A DNA stretch of 64,000 bases from Nitrososphaerota archaeon (GTDB taxonomy: Archaea; Thermoproteota; EX4484-205; JAAOZP01). How positions within the stretch are numbered: the stretch's first letter is position 1; every line of letters begins with the position of its first letter. The stretch covers positions 224,001-288,000 of the forward strand of contig JAAOZP010000017.1 of assembly GCA_011605725.1 (NCBI GenBank), given 5' to 3'. The notes under the pieces were generated by a model. It saw nothing but the letters and a program-made list of their open reading frames with translations, was not told the origin of the DNA and ran no database searches. Positions 36,166 to 45,948 of this stretch are shown here, one piece after another. The position numbers were made by a program, and so were the translations under genes.

Positions 36166-38880
36166 TTAGCGCGCGCTATTTCTCGGGTGAGTCTTGGATG
36201 GAATCCTAAGCAGGAGCTTAGTTACTTCAATGCTGGCTAGGGTTATTAACGATAGGCCAATGGCCCACATGAAGCTAGTTAAATCTGGTTCAACGATTCC
36301 AAGCGCCTGTCTAGAAAGTGGGAAACTGATTAGAATTAGCATAAGTAGTATTTCCCAGGAAACGGCTGCTAACAAAAACTTGTGGGGACGCGTTTCTAAA
36401 ATAGTATATTTCAATGAACGGCAAGTTAGTGCCAGAACCAGTTCAAAAAGAATGAATGTTATGAAAACTCTTGAGCGAGCAAATTCTTCATTTGGGAGAG
36501 ATGCTGAGAAAAACCAAATGAGTAAGGGTACTTCCACTATCAATGCACGCAGAAGAAATGATTTAACTTCTCGAGTGAATATTGTTTCCTTTGGATCTCT
36601 AGGAGGTCTCTTCATTACGTCTGGGTCTGGTGGGCTTACACCTAAGGCTAAGGCGGGGAGACCGTCTGTGGCAAGGTTCACGTAAAGGATTTGTACTGGA
36701 AGCAGTGGCATGGGGAACCCGAGCAGAACCGCTACTGAAAGCATTAATATCTCAACCAGATTCGCCTGCAATAGGTAGGTTAAGTATTTCTTGATGTTGT
36801 CGTAAATCCATCTGCCAAGTTCAATTGCATTCACGATTGTTGCAAAATTGTCATCCGCTAACACCATGTCCGCAGCTTCTTTAGAGACCTCCGTGCCAGT
36901 TATACCCATTGCGACACCGATATCGGCATGTTTTAAGGCAGGTGCGTCGTTAACCCCGTCGCCCGTCATCGCAACAATATGCCCCTTATTTTTCCATGCT
37001 CGAACAATTTTTAGTTTATGCTCAGGCGATACGCGGGCGTAAACCGTCACCTTCTCAACTATATTCTCTAGTTCCCTATCTGACATCTTCTCCAATTCTT
37101 CGCCTGTCAAAACCAAGTCGCCTTCTTTATAGATCTCTACTTCCCTAGCTACTGAAACCGCTGTGAGCTTATGGTCGCCAGTTATCATAACGGTTTTTAT
37201 CCCTACTTGTTTGCATATTTCCACAGACTTTATCGCTTCCTCTCTAGGCGGGTCCATCATGCCAATCAAGCCAAGAAACACCATGTTACTTTCTACAGCT
37301 TCTTCATCTAGATTATTTACATTCTCGCTTGTTCTTTTGTAAGCTATTCCTAAAACCCTAAGGGCGTTTCCAGCCATATCGTTATTAACCATCAATATCT
37401 CTTTCTTCCCTTCTTCGGTTAATTCCTTAATACCGTTAAGTCCATATATGTAGGCGCATTTCTCTAAGACTTTCTCCGGCGCGCCTTTCATACAGAAAAT
37501 TCTATCTCCTTCCGGAGTCAAGTGGACAGTAGTCATAAGTTTTCTCTCAGAGCTGAATGGGACTTCATATATCCGCGGATAATCTTTTCTCAACTCTTGC
37601 CACATGCCAGATTTTGCAGCAGCAACCAGAAGTGCGCCTTCCGTAGGATCTCCCTTAATAAGCCATTTATCATCTTCACGTATCAGTTCAGCATCATTGC
37701 ATAAAAGTGAACACTTCATCAAAAGTTTGAAGCCTTCATCCTGTAAAACCTTTACATCACCACTATCAACATGAAAAATGCCTTCAGGGACATAACCGAC
37801 TCCAGAGACCTCGATAGTATTACCGAGAACATAGATTTTCCGAACAGTCATCTCGCCTTTAGTTAATGTTCCAGTCTTATCCGAGCAGATAACAGTCACT
37901 GTTCCTAAAGTTTCTACAGCCGGCATCCTTCTGACAAGCGCGTTCCTTTTCGCCATTCTGTACATCCCTATGGCAAGGCTACCTGTCACGACAGCTGGCA
38001 AAGCCTCTGGGACTGCCGCCACCGCTAAAGCAACTCCGAAAAGCAAAGCCTCTATTAATGGCATATCCCTATAAAACCCAATTATTACTATGCTGATTAC
38101 TATAGTTAATGCTATTCCTCCAAGCCATTTCCCTATTTCCTTAGCCTTATTCTCTAAGGGAGTCTCCTCTTCTTCAGCAACAGCAACGTCCTTCGCTATT
38201 TTACCAAACTCCGTATTCATGCCCGTTGCAACAACAACCGCCTTTCCTTTTCCGCCGACAACCTCTGTTCCAGAGAAAACCATGTTTTTCCTATCTGAAA
38301 CAGGCGTATCCTCTGGAAGGGGCTCTACGTCTTTAAACACGGGCATGGACTCACCAGTCAAGGAAGCCTCGTTAAGACGCAAGTTGACCGTTTCGATTAA
38401 TCTAGCGTCTGCAGGAACCTTGTCTCCCTCTTTCAACACAAGTATGTCGCCTGGAACCACTTCTCTCAGAGGTATCGCGACCTCTTTAGAATCTCTTACC
38501 ACAGTAACAGTTGGACTGAGCATTTTCTTGAGAGCCTCCAAAGCTTTTTCAGCGCGATACTCCTGGTAAAACCCGAGTATAGCTGACACGAAAACTATGA
38601 CGAGAATAACTAGGGCATCAATGTCATGTCCAGTAGCTAGTGAAAGCAGTGTCGCACCAATTAGAATCAGTATTAGAATATTTTTAAACTGGTTAAGAAA
38701 GATTTTTAAAGGTGAAACCTTTTCCCCGGTGGTAAGCTCGTTGGGACCATGTTTTTCTAGCCTAGCTTTAGCTTCTTCTTCGGACAGCCCTTTAAAGCTT
38801 GTATTAAGTATAAGCAATACCTCGTCAATACTCATGGAATGTGCTTTCCTTGCAATTTCTTCCTCCAGATAAGACATCAA
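36166..38880 (-). CDS. Second P-type ATPase, type IIA (Ca2+-transporting-like)
   Basis: TGES, VPEAL, DKTGT, KGAPE, TGDGVNDAP and YVNLATDG motifs. Confidence 0.93.
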   Translation of the reverse strand: MMSYLEEEIARKAHSMSIDEVLLILNTSFKGLSEEEAKARLEKHGPNELTTGEKVSPLKIFLNQFKNILILILIGATLLSLATGHDIDALVILVIVFVSAILGFYQEYRAEKALEALKKMLSPTVTVVRDSKEVAIPLREVVPGDILVLKEGDKVPADARLIETVNLRLNEASLTGESMPVFKDVEPLPEDTPVSDRKNMVFSGTEVVGGKGKAVVVATGMNTEFGKIAKDVAVAEEEETPLENKAKEIGKWLGGIALTIVISIVIIGFYRDMPLIEALLFGVALAVAAVPEALPAVVTGSLAIGMYRMAKRNALVRRMPAVETLGTVTVICSDKTGTLTKGEMTVRKIYVLGNTIEVSGVGYVPEGIFHVDSGDVKVLQDEGFKLLMKCSLLCNDAELIREDDKWLIKGDPTEGALLVAAAKSGMWQELRKDYPRIYEVPFSSERKLMTTVHLTPEGDRIFCMKGAPEKVLEKCAYIYGLNGIKELTEEGKKEILMVNNDMAGNALRVLGIAYKRTSENVNNLDEEAVESNMVFLGLIGMMDPPREEAIKSVEICKQVGIKTVMITGDHKLTAVSVAREVEIYKEGDLVLTGEELEKMSDRELENIVEKVTVYARVSPEHKLKIVRAWKNKGHIVAMTGDGVNDAPALKHADIGVAMGITGTEVSKEAADMVLADDNFATIVNAIELGRWIYDNIKKYLTYLLQANLVEILMLSVAVLLGFPMPLLPVQILYVNLATDGLPALALGVSPPDPDVMKRPPRDPKETIFTREVKSFLLRALIVEVPLLIWFFSASLPNEEFARSRVFITFILFELVLALTCRSLKYTILETRPHKFLLAAVSWEILLMLILISFPLSRQALGIVEPDLTSFMWAIGLSLITLASIEVTKLLLRIPSKTHPRNSAR

Positions 38881-39120
38881 TCTCAGGTTATTAAACCCCT
38901 ATTTATTTTTTTGGGTGGGGGAGGGAGGTTGTTCACATTTAGTTAATACTGAGGGAAACTGGGCGGCATCAGAATGGGAACACAGTAGTTGAAATCCTCT
39001 TACCAAAAAACAATAAATTAGTTTCTCTAAAGAAACATCACCATGTAAGCAAATCAAAGCGACGAGCATTATCAAGCTATAAAAGCTTTGAAATGGAAAG
39101 AAGATTTATAAAAAGGGGTT

Positions 39121-40722
39121 ATGAGTGCTTGCGAGATACATGAATTGACCGATGAACGGAAAATCCCTGCAACCATGTCGACTCAGCACCCGGACAATGC
39201 AAGCCTCCCTAATTGGTGTGAAAAGACGGTTATTAATGGTGATGCAGAAATTTACGAGGCCTATTACGCCTATAGTCAAATTGGTTGCCATGAGGTTATG
39301 TGGGATTCTGAGGGAAAAGATGTTGATACGCGCGTCGTAAGAAAACTTTTAGAAAAACACGCAGATTTCTTTAGAGAACATCAGATTGGAAGAGATGTTT
39401 TCTTAACATATAGGGTTCCGAATCCGAAGATTGAGGGTGCAGAGAAAAAGGTGTTTGTTGAAACTCTATATAATATTGCAGTAGCTTGCGATGTTGCTTC
39501 CACCTTCTATAAGAAAGAGGTTGCACCGATCTTTGAAGTCATTCTTCCCTTTACAACAGATGCTAAGGAACTCATATGGTTATATGAATATTATAGAAGA
39601 ACAATAGCTGCAACAGAAGAAGTGTTTTTAGGTGAAAACATGAAGGTTAAAGATTGGATCGGATGCTTTGGACCTAAGAGTATTGAGGTAATTCCTCTCA
39701 TAGAAGATTTTGAGAGCATTTTGAATGCCGATAAAATAGTAGAACCATATATAAGGGTTGTAAAACCCAGGTATTTGAGAGTTTTTATTGCTAGGTCAGA
39801 CCCTGCTCTCAACTATGGAGTTTTATGTGCAGTCTTACTTTCCAAACTAGCCTTATCAAAGCTGAAACTTCTTGAAAATAAACTAGGTACTAAGATATAT
39901 CCGATATTAGGAGTAGGGACGATGCCTTTTAGAGGACACTTATCTCCGGAAAATATTGAAAATTTCCTACAAGAGTATAGAGGACTATCAACTGTTACAG
40001 TACAATCTGCTTTGAAATATGACTATCCTGTGGAACAAGTGAGAGAATGCATAAATGTCTTGAACAAGATGCTTCCTAATGGGGAGCCGCTACTCGTAGA
40101 TCCTGCAGAAGAAAAGAAAATAGTTAATGTGCTTAAAAAAAGCAAGCAGTTCTATGAAAGGGTTGTTGAAAAGTTAGCACCCCTAATTAATAGCGTAGCT
40201 TCTTATGTTCCAGCTCGGAGAGCCAGAAGGCTTCACATAGGGCTTTTTGGCTATAGTCGAAGAGTTGGAAACGTTGTCCTTCCAAGAGCTATACCTTTCG
40301 CCGCAGCGCTATACTCCTTAGGCATACCACCAGAGTTATTAGGATGCAGGGTTTTTATCGAACTTAAGGAAGATGAATTTAAAATAGTCCAAAAATATTA
40401 TGTCAACTTAAAGCACGATCTGTATGTGGCAGGCGGTTATGTTTCATTGCGTAATATGGAAATGATTAAAGATAATTATACGCGGATAGCTGAAAAAGTT
40501 CACATGAAGCCAGAAATCTTAAAGCAAGCTATTGATGAGGTTTTAAACGACCTTGACGTAATAGAGAAAAACTTTGGTATAAAGTTTGGACCCAGAATCT
40601 ATTCAATGAAGAAGCATGAAAACTTTGTGAATAATTTTCTCCTATCTTATATAGAAGGTGATGAAGCTGGGGCTTCTAATTCTTTAGTAGATGCAGCCAA
40701 AATTAGGAGATGTCTTGGATGA
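39121..40722 (+). CDS. ppcA: Archaeal-type phosphoenolpyruvate carboxylase
   Basis: IPATMSTQHPDN, MWDSEGK, ARSDPALNYG, PFRGHL, RRLHIGLFGYSR and LPRAI motifs. Confidence 0.95.
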   Translation: MSACEIHELTDERKIPATMSTQHPDNASLPNWCEKTVINGDAEIYEAYYAYSQIGCHEVMWDSEGKDVDTRVVRKLLEKHADFFREHQIGRDVFLTYRVPNPKIEGAEKKVFVETLYNIAVACDVASTFYKKEVAPIFEVILPFTTDAKELIWLYEYYRRTIAATEEVFLGENMKVKDWIGCFGPKSIEVIPLIEDFESILNADKIVEPYIRVVKPRYLRVFIARSDPALNYGVLCAVLLSKLALSKLKLLENKLGTKIYPILGVGTMPFRGHLSPENIENFLQEYRGLSTVTVQSALKYDYPVEQVRECINVLNKMLPNGEPLLVDPAEEKKIVNVLKKSKQFYERVVEKLAPLINSVASYVPARRARRLHIGLFGYSRRVGNVVLPRAIPFAAALYSLGIPPELLGCRVFIELKEDEFKIVQKYYVNLKHDLYVAGGYVSLRNMEMIKDNYTRIAEKVHMKPEILKQAIDEVLNDLDVIEKNFGIKFGPRIYSMKKHENFVNNFLLSYIEGDEAGASNSLVDAAKIRRCLG

Positions 40723-40769
40723 AAAGAAAAATTTTAAATATCCTGCATGGAAAGGTTGGGGGGATCTCT

Positions 40770-40853
40770 ATGGGAAGCGTAAAGGACCTTGAGGTTATCA
40801 AGAGACCTACTCGAGATTTCATGGGTATTGGCCGGTTCCACTTTTCAGACCGG
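40770..40853 (+). pseudogene. purC: 5' fragment of SAICAR synthetase (archaeal/Thermotoga-type PurC)
   Basis: Manual translation gives MGSVKDLEVIKRPTRDFMGIGRFHFSDR, matching the recalled N-terminus MGSVKDL...GxGRFxFSDRYSVFDWG. The match stops at about 40853 and the frame closes at 40889. Confidence 0.65.
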
Positions 40854-41923
40854 TGGATGTCAGGCTTCCATGCAGCCCTCAGAAGTTGAGGAGCGTTGAA
40901 ACAACCATGCAGCACATTAGGAACAATTATTACAGGAGGCGTGAGGAAGACTGGATACCTGCTAAGACCGCGATGGAGGCTTCACGGTGGCTGGAGGAGA
41001 ACTATAGATGGAAATTCTTCCTATACTTGGACTTCTTCGACCCTCATGAGCCTTGGGACCCGCCGAGATGGTACGTAGATATGTATGATCCATGCTACGA
41101 GGGTGAGGAAGTCGTCTATCCGGCTTACGGGCCTTGCAGCTATCTGACACAGGATGAGCTTCTGCACATCAGGGCCCTGTATGCCGGTGAGGCGGCTTTG
41201 GTTGACAGGTGGATAGGGTTTTTACTTGAAAAGATGAGTACTCTAGGATTGTTTGAGAACACCACTATTGTTTTCACGAGCGACCATGGCTTCTACTTGG
41301 GTGAACACGGGCTAGTAGGTAAATCGGTAATCATAGGTGGAAGCCAGGGTCTAGCTCCCCTATACGAGGAAGTGGCTCACATTCCGCTTCTCATAAGGTT
41401 CCCGGATAATCTTGGCTTAAGAAAAAGTATTAAGGTAAATGCGCTGGTTCAAACACCCGACGTAACTGCTACGGTGCTTGATCTTGCCGGTGTGAAAAGT
41501 TTTACCGGGGCCAGTGTTCAGGGGAAGTCGGTTCTGCCGCTTGTTGAGGGTGAAGCCTCCAGCGTTAGGGACATTGCTGTTTCCACGCCGTCATTAATAA
41601 AGGGAGTAGGAACAGGATAGAGGGCGACAGTAACAACGGACAAGTGGTCGCTAATACTGGCACCTGGGACAAGCATGGAGGATGCTGAAAAAATCGAGAT
41701 TACATTCATAGTTGACGGGGAACCCAGGACGCTTAAACCCGTCGGCAAAATAAACACGGAACTCTACAACCTTAAGTCAGACCCTAAGCAGGAGAGAAAC
41801 CTTGTTTCTGAGGAGACCGAGACGGCTAAAAACATTCAGGCTAAGTTCATAGGGTTTCTCTCGGAGCTTGGGGCCAGCAGAGAAACAATTAGTCCATGGC
41901 TCAAATGCAGAGGATTAAATTAG
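40853..41923 (+). pseudogene. Sulfatase-family gene, 5'-truncated, with in-frame TAG at 41618-41620
   Basis: FFLYLDFFDPHEPW, IVFTSDHG, GEHG, LYEEVAHIPLLI and ELYNLKSDP motifs. No N-terminal CxPxR motif. ORFs 40853..41620 and 41675..41923 are in the same frame, separated by a single stop. Confidence 0.8.
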
Positions 41924-42034
41924 TTATTTCTACACAAGCTCTAATACGCGTATCTAAAATTTGTTGCGCTACTAGGCTTATCTAAAACAACGTTAAAGCA
42001 AAACGTTTATATTGCATCGTTTGTTTTTCCGGCT

Positions 42035-42565
42035 ATGGCGGGTTCAGGTTATGAAATAGCTAGGTTTCTCTATTGTTCCGGGCTGTTCGAGGAGGAGGTT
42101 GCCAAGGCGTATAGTCATATGGCTGAAATCACGGTTGACATGGATGTCAAGTGCCTCTTAAACTATATTGCTGACGACTCTTATAAGCACGCTAAGATGT
42201 TTAAGGCTCTCAGCGGTTATCCGGTAAACGTCGGTAAATGTGGTTTTGAAAACTGTGAAAAAGTCTTGGGAAGACTCTGGAGGAACATCACGGAGTATTC
42301 GAGTAGAATTCTGCAGGAGAGCGAAATAAATAAGCACGGGCTCCTAAAGCTGATAGATGGATTAGAGAAGTTTGAGGGCTTCGTGGCGGAAGAGTATATG
42401 ACGGTTTTAAACGTGAAAACCATCGAGCACATGGCAAGGGAGACAGGGCTAAACATTGAGCCTTATGAGATGATATTTGAATGGATAATTGAGGATGAAA
42501 AGAGGCATGAGCAAATTCTAAAGGTCATTAAGAATTTGATCGTAAGAAGTAACAATCAACCGTAA
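42035..42565 (+). CDS. Ferritin-like/rubrerythrin-family di-iron protein
   Basis: EEEVAKAY...DSYKH and EEY...EDEKRHE four-helix ligand pattern. Confidence 0.75.
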   Translation: MAGSGYEIARFLYCSGLFEEEVAKAYSHMAEITVDMDVKCLLNYIADDSYKHAKMFKALSGYPVNVGKCGFENCEKVLGRLWRNITEYSSRILQESEINKHGLLKLIDGLEKFEGFVAEEYMTVLNVKTIEHMARETGLNIEPYEMIFEWIIEDEKRHEQILKVIKNLIVRSNNQP

Positions 42566-42707
42566 GATCATTTTAATTTAGGTTTAAAACTTCTTTTAGA
42601 GTGCCAATCCGTTATGTGCTTTCATCTTTACGGGGATGGTTGAAACAGGTTAGGGTATCCTGCAAATAATTCTCTTTACAAGTCGTGGATGGTTTAAACC
42701 ATAAAAT

Positions 42708-42803
42708 CGGGCCCGCTGGGATTCGAACCCAGGCTCTTCGGCTCCGAAGGCTTGCGTGAGGTTAATCCTCTCGACGCCTTTATCCTGGCTTGGCCACGGG
42801 CCC
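42708..42803 (-). tRNA. tRNA-Arg(TCG) with a 20-nt intron at non-canonical position 29/30 (intron 42752..42771)
   Basis: Minus strand: GGGCCCG acceptor, D arm, TCG[AGAGGATTAACCTCACGCAA]GC-CTTCGGA-GCCGA, CTGGG-TTCGAAT-CCCAG, CGGGCCC-G. Anticodon at 42745-42747. Confidence 0.93.
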
Positions 42804-42825
42804 GTAATATACTTGAGCCTCCTCC

Positions 42826-44349
42826 TTAAATCGTTATCTTTTTGAACACTATTTCAGGCTTTCTTATCCTATGCCCGGGTTCAACTGCAAGCTCCCCTGC
42901 TGAGTCCCATCCATAGTCTTCAGGCAATCCTTCTAGATTGAGAATGTTCCAGATCTTCTCGGATGAGCTTGGCAAGTATGGCCGTAAAACTATGGCTAGT
43001 GTCCTCACAGCGTTCACTGAGATGAACAAAGCGTTTGGGTCCTTGGTTTTCCAGGGCTCCTTAACTTGCAGGAACCTGTTGCACTGGATAGCGAAGTCGG
43101 CAACCTCTTTCAAAGCCTTATCTATCTCGTAATTCTCAAACTTCTCCCTCATTACGCTGGGGAGCCTCCTGATGCTTTCAACAAGCTTTAAGCATTCCTC
43201 ATCCTTCTCGTGGCTCCGCGGCTTAGGCACTTCGCCGCCGTAAAGATTCCAGATGAGCGTTAAAGTTCTGTGAATAAAGTTCCCTATGTTTCCAACAAGC
43301 TCCCCGTTAACCCTTTCAATCAGCGCTTTCTCAGTAAAATCACCATCCTCGAAGAAAGGTATGTCTCTCGCGAGAAAATACCTTACAGCGTCAACCTCAT
43401 ACTTCTCCAGCAGCTTAAACGGGTCGACCGCGGTCCCCCTAGACTTTGAAAGCTTCTCCCCGCCTATAGTTATATACCCGTGGACAAGAATGTGCCTGGG
43501 CAGAGGAATGCCGCATGAGAGCAGTATGCTGGGCCATATTACAGAGTGGAACCAGTTTATGCCTTTTCCAATAAGGTGCACGTCCGCAGGCCAGTACTTC
43601 CTGTATTTCTCCCCGTCTGGGTAGCCTAGGGCTGAAACATAGTTAACCAGCGCGTCGACCCAGACGTATATCTTATGCTTAGGGTCGAAAGGAACGCTGA
43701 CACCCCAGCTTATGCGCGACCTGCTTACCGCTAGGTCCTTAAGGCCCTCGGTTTTTATCCTTGCCAGGATCTCCTGTCTCCTTTTTTCAGGTATGATGAA
43801 CCCGGTCTCCTCTACTAGCTTAAGTATCTGCTTCTCATACTTGCTCAGCCTGAAGAAGTAGCACTCCTCCTCAATATACTCAGGCTCTGTCCCATGCTCT
43901 GGACACTTGCCTTCTACGAGGTCTTTCTCAGTCTTATACTCCTCGCAACCGTAGCAGTATAACCCGCTATAGCTACTCTTATAGATATCCCCGTTTTCAA
44001 ACATTTTCGTGAATATTAGTTGGGAGACTCTCCTGTGTCTATCCTCAGTAGTTCTTATGAAGTCATCGTTAGATATGTTGAATGCTTTACAAAGCTCCTG
44101 AAACCTCTTCGCATTCCTGTCTATAAACTCCTTAACCTCTAAACCAGCCTCCCTTGCCGCCCTCTCGTTCTTCGCAGCATTCTCGTCAGTACCTGTGAGG
44201 AAGAAAACATCCCTGCCGGCAAGCCTGTTCCACCTGGCGATTATGTCTGCGCAAACCTTCTCATACAAGTGTCCTAAATGCGGGTAAGCGTTAACATAGT
44301 CGATCGCAGTCGTTATGTAGAATTTCCCCTGCTTCGAGTTCATCGTCAA
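42826..44349 (-). CDS. metG: Methionine--tRNA ligase (short, single-knuckle form)
   Basis: YITTAIDYVNAYPHLGH, TGTDE, YVWVDAL and KLSKS motifs. Confidence 0.95.
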   Translation of the reverse strand: MTMNSKQGKFYITTAIDYVNAYPHLGHLYEKVCADIIARWNRLAGRDVFFLTGTDENAAKNERAAREAGLEVKEFIDRNAKRFQELCKAFNISNDDFIRTTEDRHRRVSQLIFTKMFENGDIYKSSYSGLYCYGCEEYKTEKDLVEGKCPEHGTEPEYIEEECYFFRLSKYEKQILKLVEETGFIIPEKRRQEILARIKTEGLKDLAVSRSRISWGVSVPFDPKHKIYVWVDALVNYVSALGYPDGEKYRKYWPADVHLIGKGINWFHSVIWPSILLSCGIPLPRHILVHGYITIGGEKLSKSRGTAVDPFKLLEKYEVDAVRYFLARDIPFFEDGDFTEKALIERVNGELVGNIGNFIHRTLTLIWNLYGGEVPKPRSHEKDEECLKLVESIRRLPSVMREKFENYEIDKALKEVADFAIQCNRFLQVKEPWKTKDPNALFISVNAVRTLAIVLRPYLPSSSEKIWNILNLEGLPEDYGWDSAGELAVEPGHRIRKPEIVFKKITI

Positions 44350-44607
44350 AAACCTCTTTTTCAGCCGATTTAACCTTATCGCTGAGCGAGAAACTATTAT
44401 TCGCCACGTGCAGCGAAACGTTGCTACATAGGCTTAATCGTCTTGGCAAGCCGGCTTTCCCAGTTTTCTTAATCTACAGCCTTTAAAACCAGTTTCAGAA
44501 ATATTAATGCCGGGAAGAAGTGGTGCTGAAAAGGAGGCTGAAACCTATTTCAGATATATCCGCGGCGAATTCATTAAAAACCGGCGATTTATCGACATCT
44601 TTTAATT

Positions 44608-45345
44608 TTATAGAGCAACATCTAGAACCATCATCGTGATGAATCCTACTACCATGAACAGCATCGTATCCTTACCGAAGCCGCTTGAATGCGCTTCAGG
44701 AATCATCTCGCTACCTATAACATATATCATCGCCCCTGCTCCGAAAGCCAGGAAGAAGGGGAGCAGCCATTGGAAAACTTGTACTAGGAGGGCGCTCAGT
44801 AGGGCTCCCAAGGGTTCAACAACTCCTGATAAAAATCCGAGAAGAACTGCTCTACTCCTGCTCTTGCCGAGCTTCAGGAAGGGTATTGAAACAGAAGCCC
44901 CCTCAGGAAAATCCTGAATAGCTATTCCCGAGGTCAGGGCCCAAGCAGCCTTAAGGTTTCCAGACCCGAATACGACGCCGACAGAAAAGCCCTCTGGTAA
45001 ATTGTGTAGAGTTACTGCAGCTATTATTTTCCTAAGCCTCCCAGCCTTCTCGTCTTCAATCTCCTTCAAAGGATGCTCATGCGGCACGAATACATCGGAT
45101 CCATACATCAGTAGAGATCCCGCTAGGAAACCGATGCTGGAGACAATTATCCCGCCTGTCTCTAACGCGGGTTGGAGTAGGCTGAAGAAGGATGCTGCCA
45201 TCATTATTCCTATTGAGAACCCGAAGAAACAGTCTAGGCTTCTACCTGATAAACCTGTCTTAAAGAAAGCTATCGTTGCACCTAATCCCGTAACAACTGA
45301 GCATACGAACCCGCCGAGGAAAGCGTTAATCAATATGTCGAACAT
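44608..45345 (-). CDS. ZIP family metal transporter (ZupT/GufA)
   Basis: TLHNLPEG, IQDFPEG, SGVVEP and EMIPE motifs. Confidence 0.92.
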   Translation of the reverse strand: MFDILINAFLGGFVCSVVTGLGATIAFFKTGLSGRSLDCFFGFSIGIMMAASFFSLLQPALETGGIIVSSIGFLAGSLLMYGSDVFVPHEHPLKEIEDEKAGRLRKIIAAVTLHNLPEGFSVGVVFGSGNLKAAWALTSGIAIQDFPEGASVSIPFLKLGKSRSRAVLLGFLSGVVEPLGALLSALLVQVFQWLLPFFLAFGAGAMIYVIGSEMIPEAHSSGFGKDTMLFMVVGFITMMVLDVAL

Positions 45346-45410
45346 GAGGCTGAAATGACGTGGAGGATGTAAAAAATCTTATCCAAACTTTTTATGCTTA
45401 TACCGAGGTT

Positions 45411-45884
45411 TTAGCGTGTTAAGCTCTTTAAGTCTAATAAGCAGGCTTCAGCATGGCCTTTTGGGTTAACTCTTCTATAGATTTTAACTATTCTCCCGTC
45501 TTCACTTATTAGAAAGGTTGTTCTAACGACACTTCTATACGGTGCTTCTTTGTTCACAGGCTCTTCTAAAACGCCATACTTCTTCAAAACCTTGCCTTCA
45601 GGGTCGCTTAGAAGAATGAATGGAATATTGTTCTCCACTTTAAATTTCCTATGAGATTCCACATCGTCCATGCTTATTCCTATTATAACAGTGTCCTCCT
45701 TTCTGAACTTCTCATAGAGCTTGCTGAACTCCCTAGCCTCTTGAGTACATCCTGAGGTCCCATCTTTTGGATAAAAATAGAGCACTACCCTCCTTCCACG
45801 AAAATCTTTAAGGGATACCTTTTCACCATCGTCTGAGACAAGGTTGAAGTCGGGAGCAAAATCTCCTATATTCAACGACATCAC
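45411..45884 (-). CDS. bcp: BCP/PrxQ peroxiredoxin
   Basis: LYFYPKDGTSGCTQEA motif. Confidence 0.92.
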   Translation of the reverse strand: MMSLNIGDFAPDFNLVSDDGEKVSLKDFRGRRVVLYFYPKDGTSGCTQEAREFSKLYEKFRKEDTVIIGISMDDVESHRKFKVENNIPFILLSDPEGKVLKKYGVLEEPVNKEAPYRSVVRTTFLISEDGRIVKIYRRVNPKGHAEACLLDLKSLTR

Positions 45885-45948
45885 CTAAGCAGGTATTGCT
45901 CAAAAACGATATAAGTGTTATACGAAAAAAGAGCTTAAAATGTTCCCA

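Noticed and set aside
36100-42708. Integrated element at the tRNA-Arg 3' end
   Set aside because: The region is AT-richer and has broken genes, but I found no integrase and no duplicated tRNA 3' end (att site).
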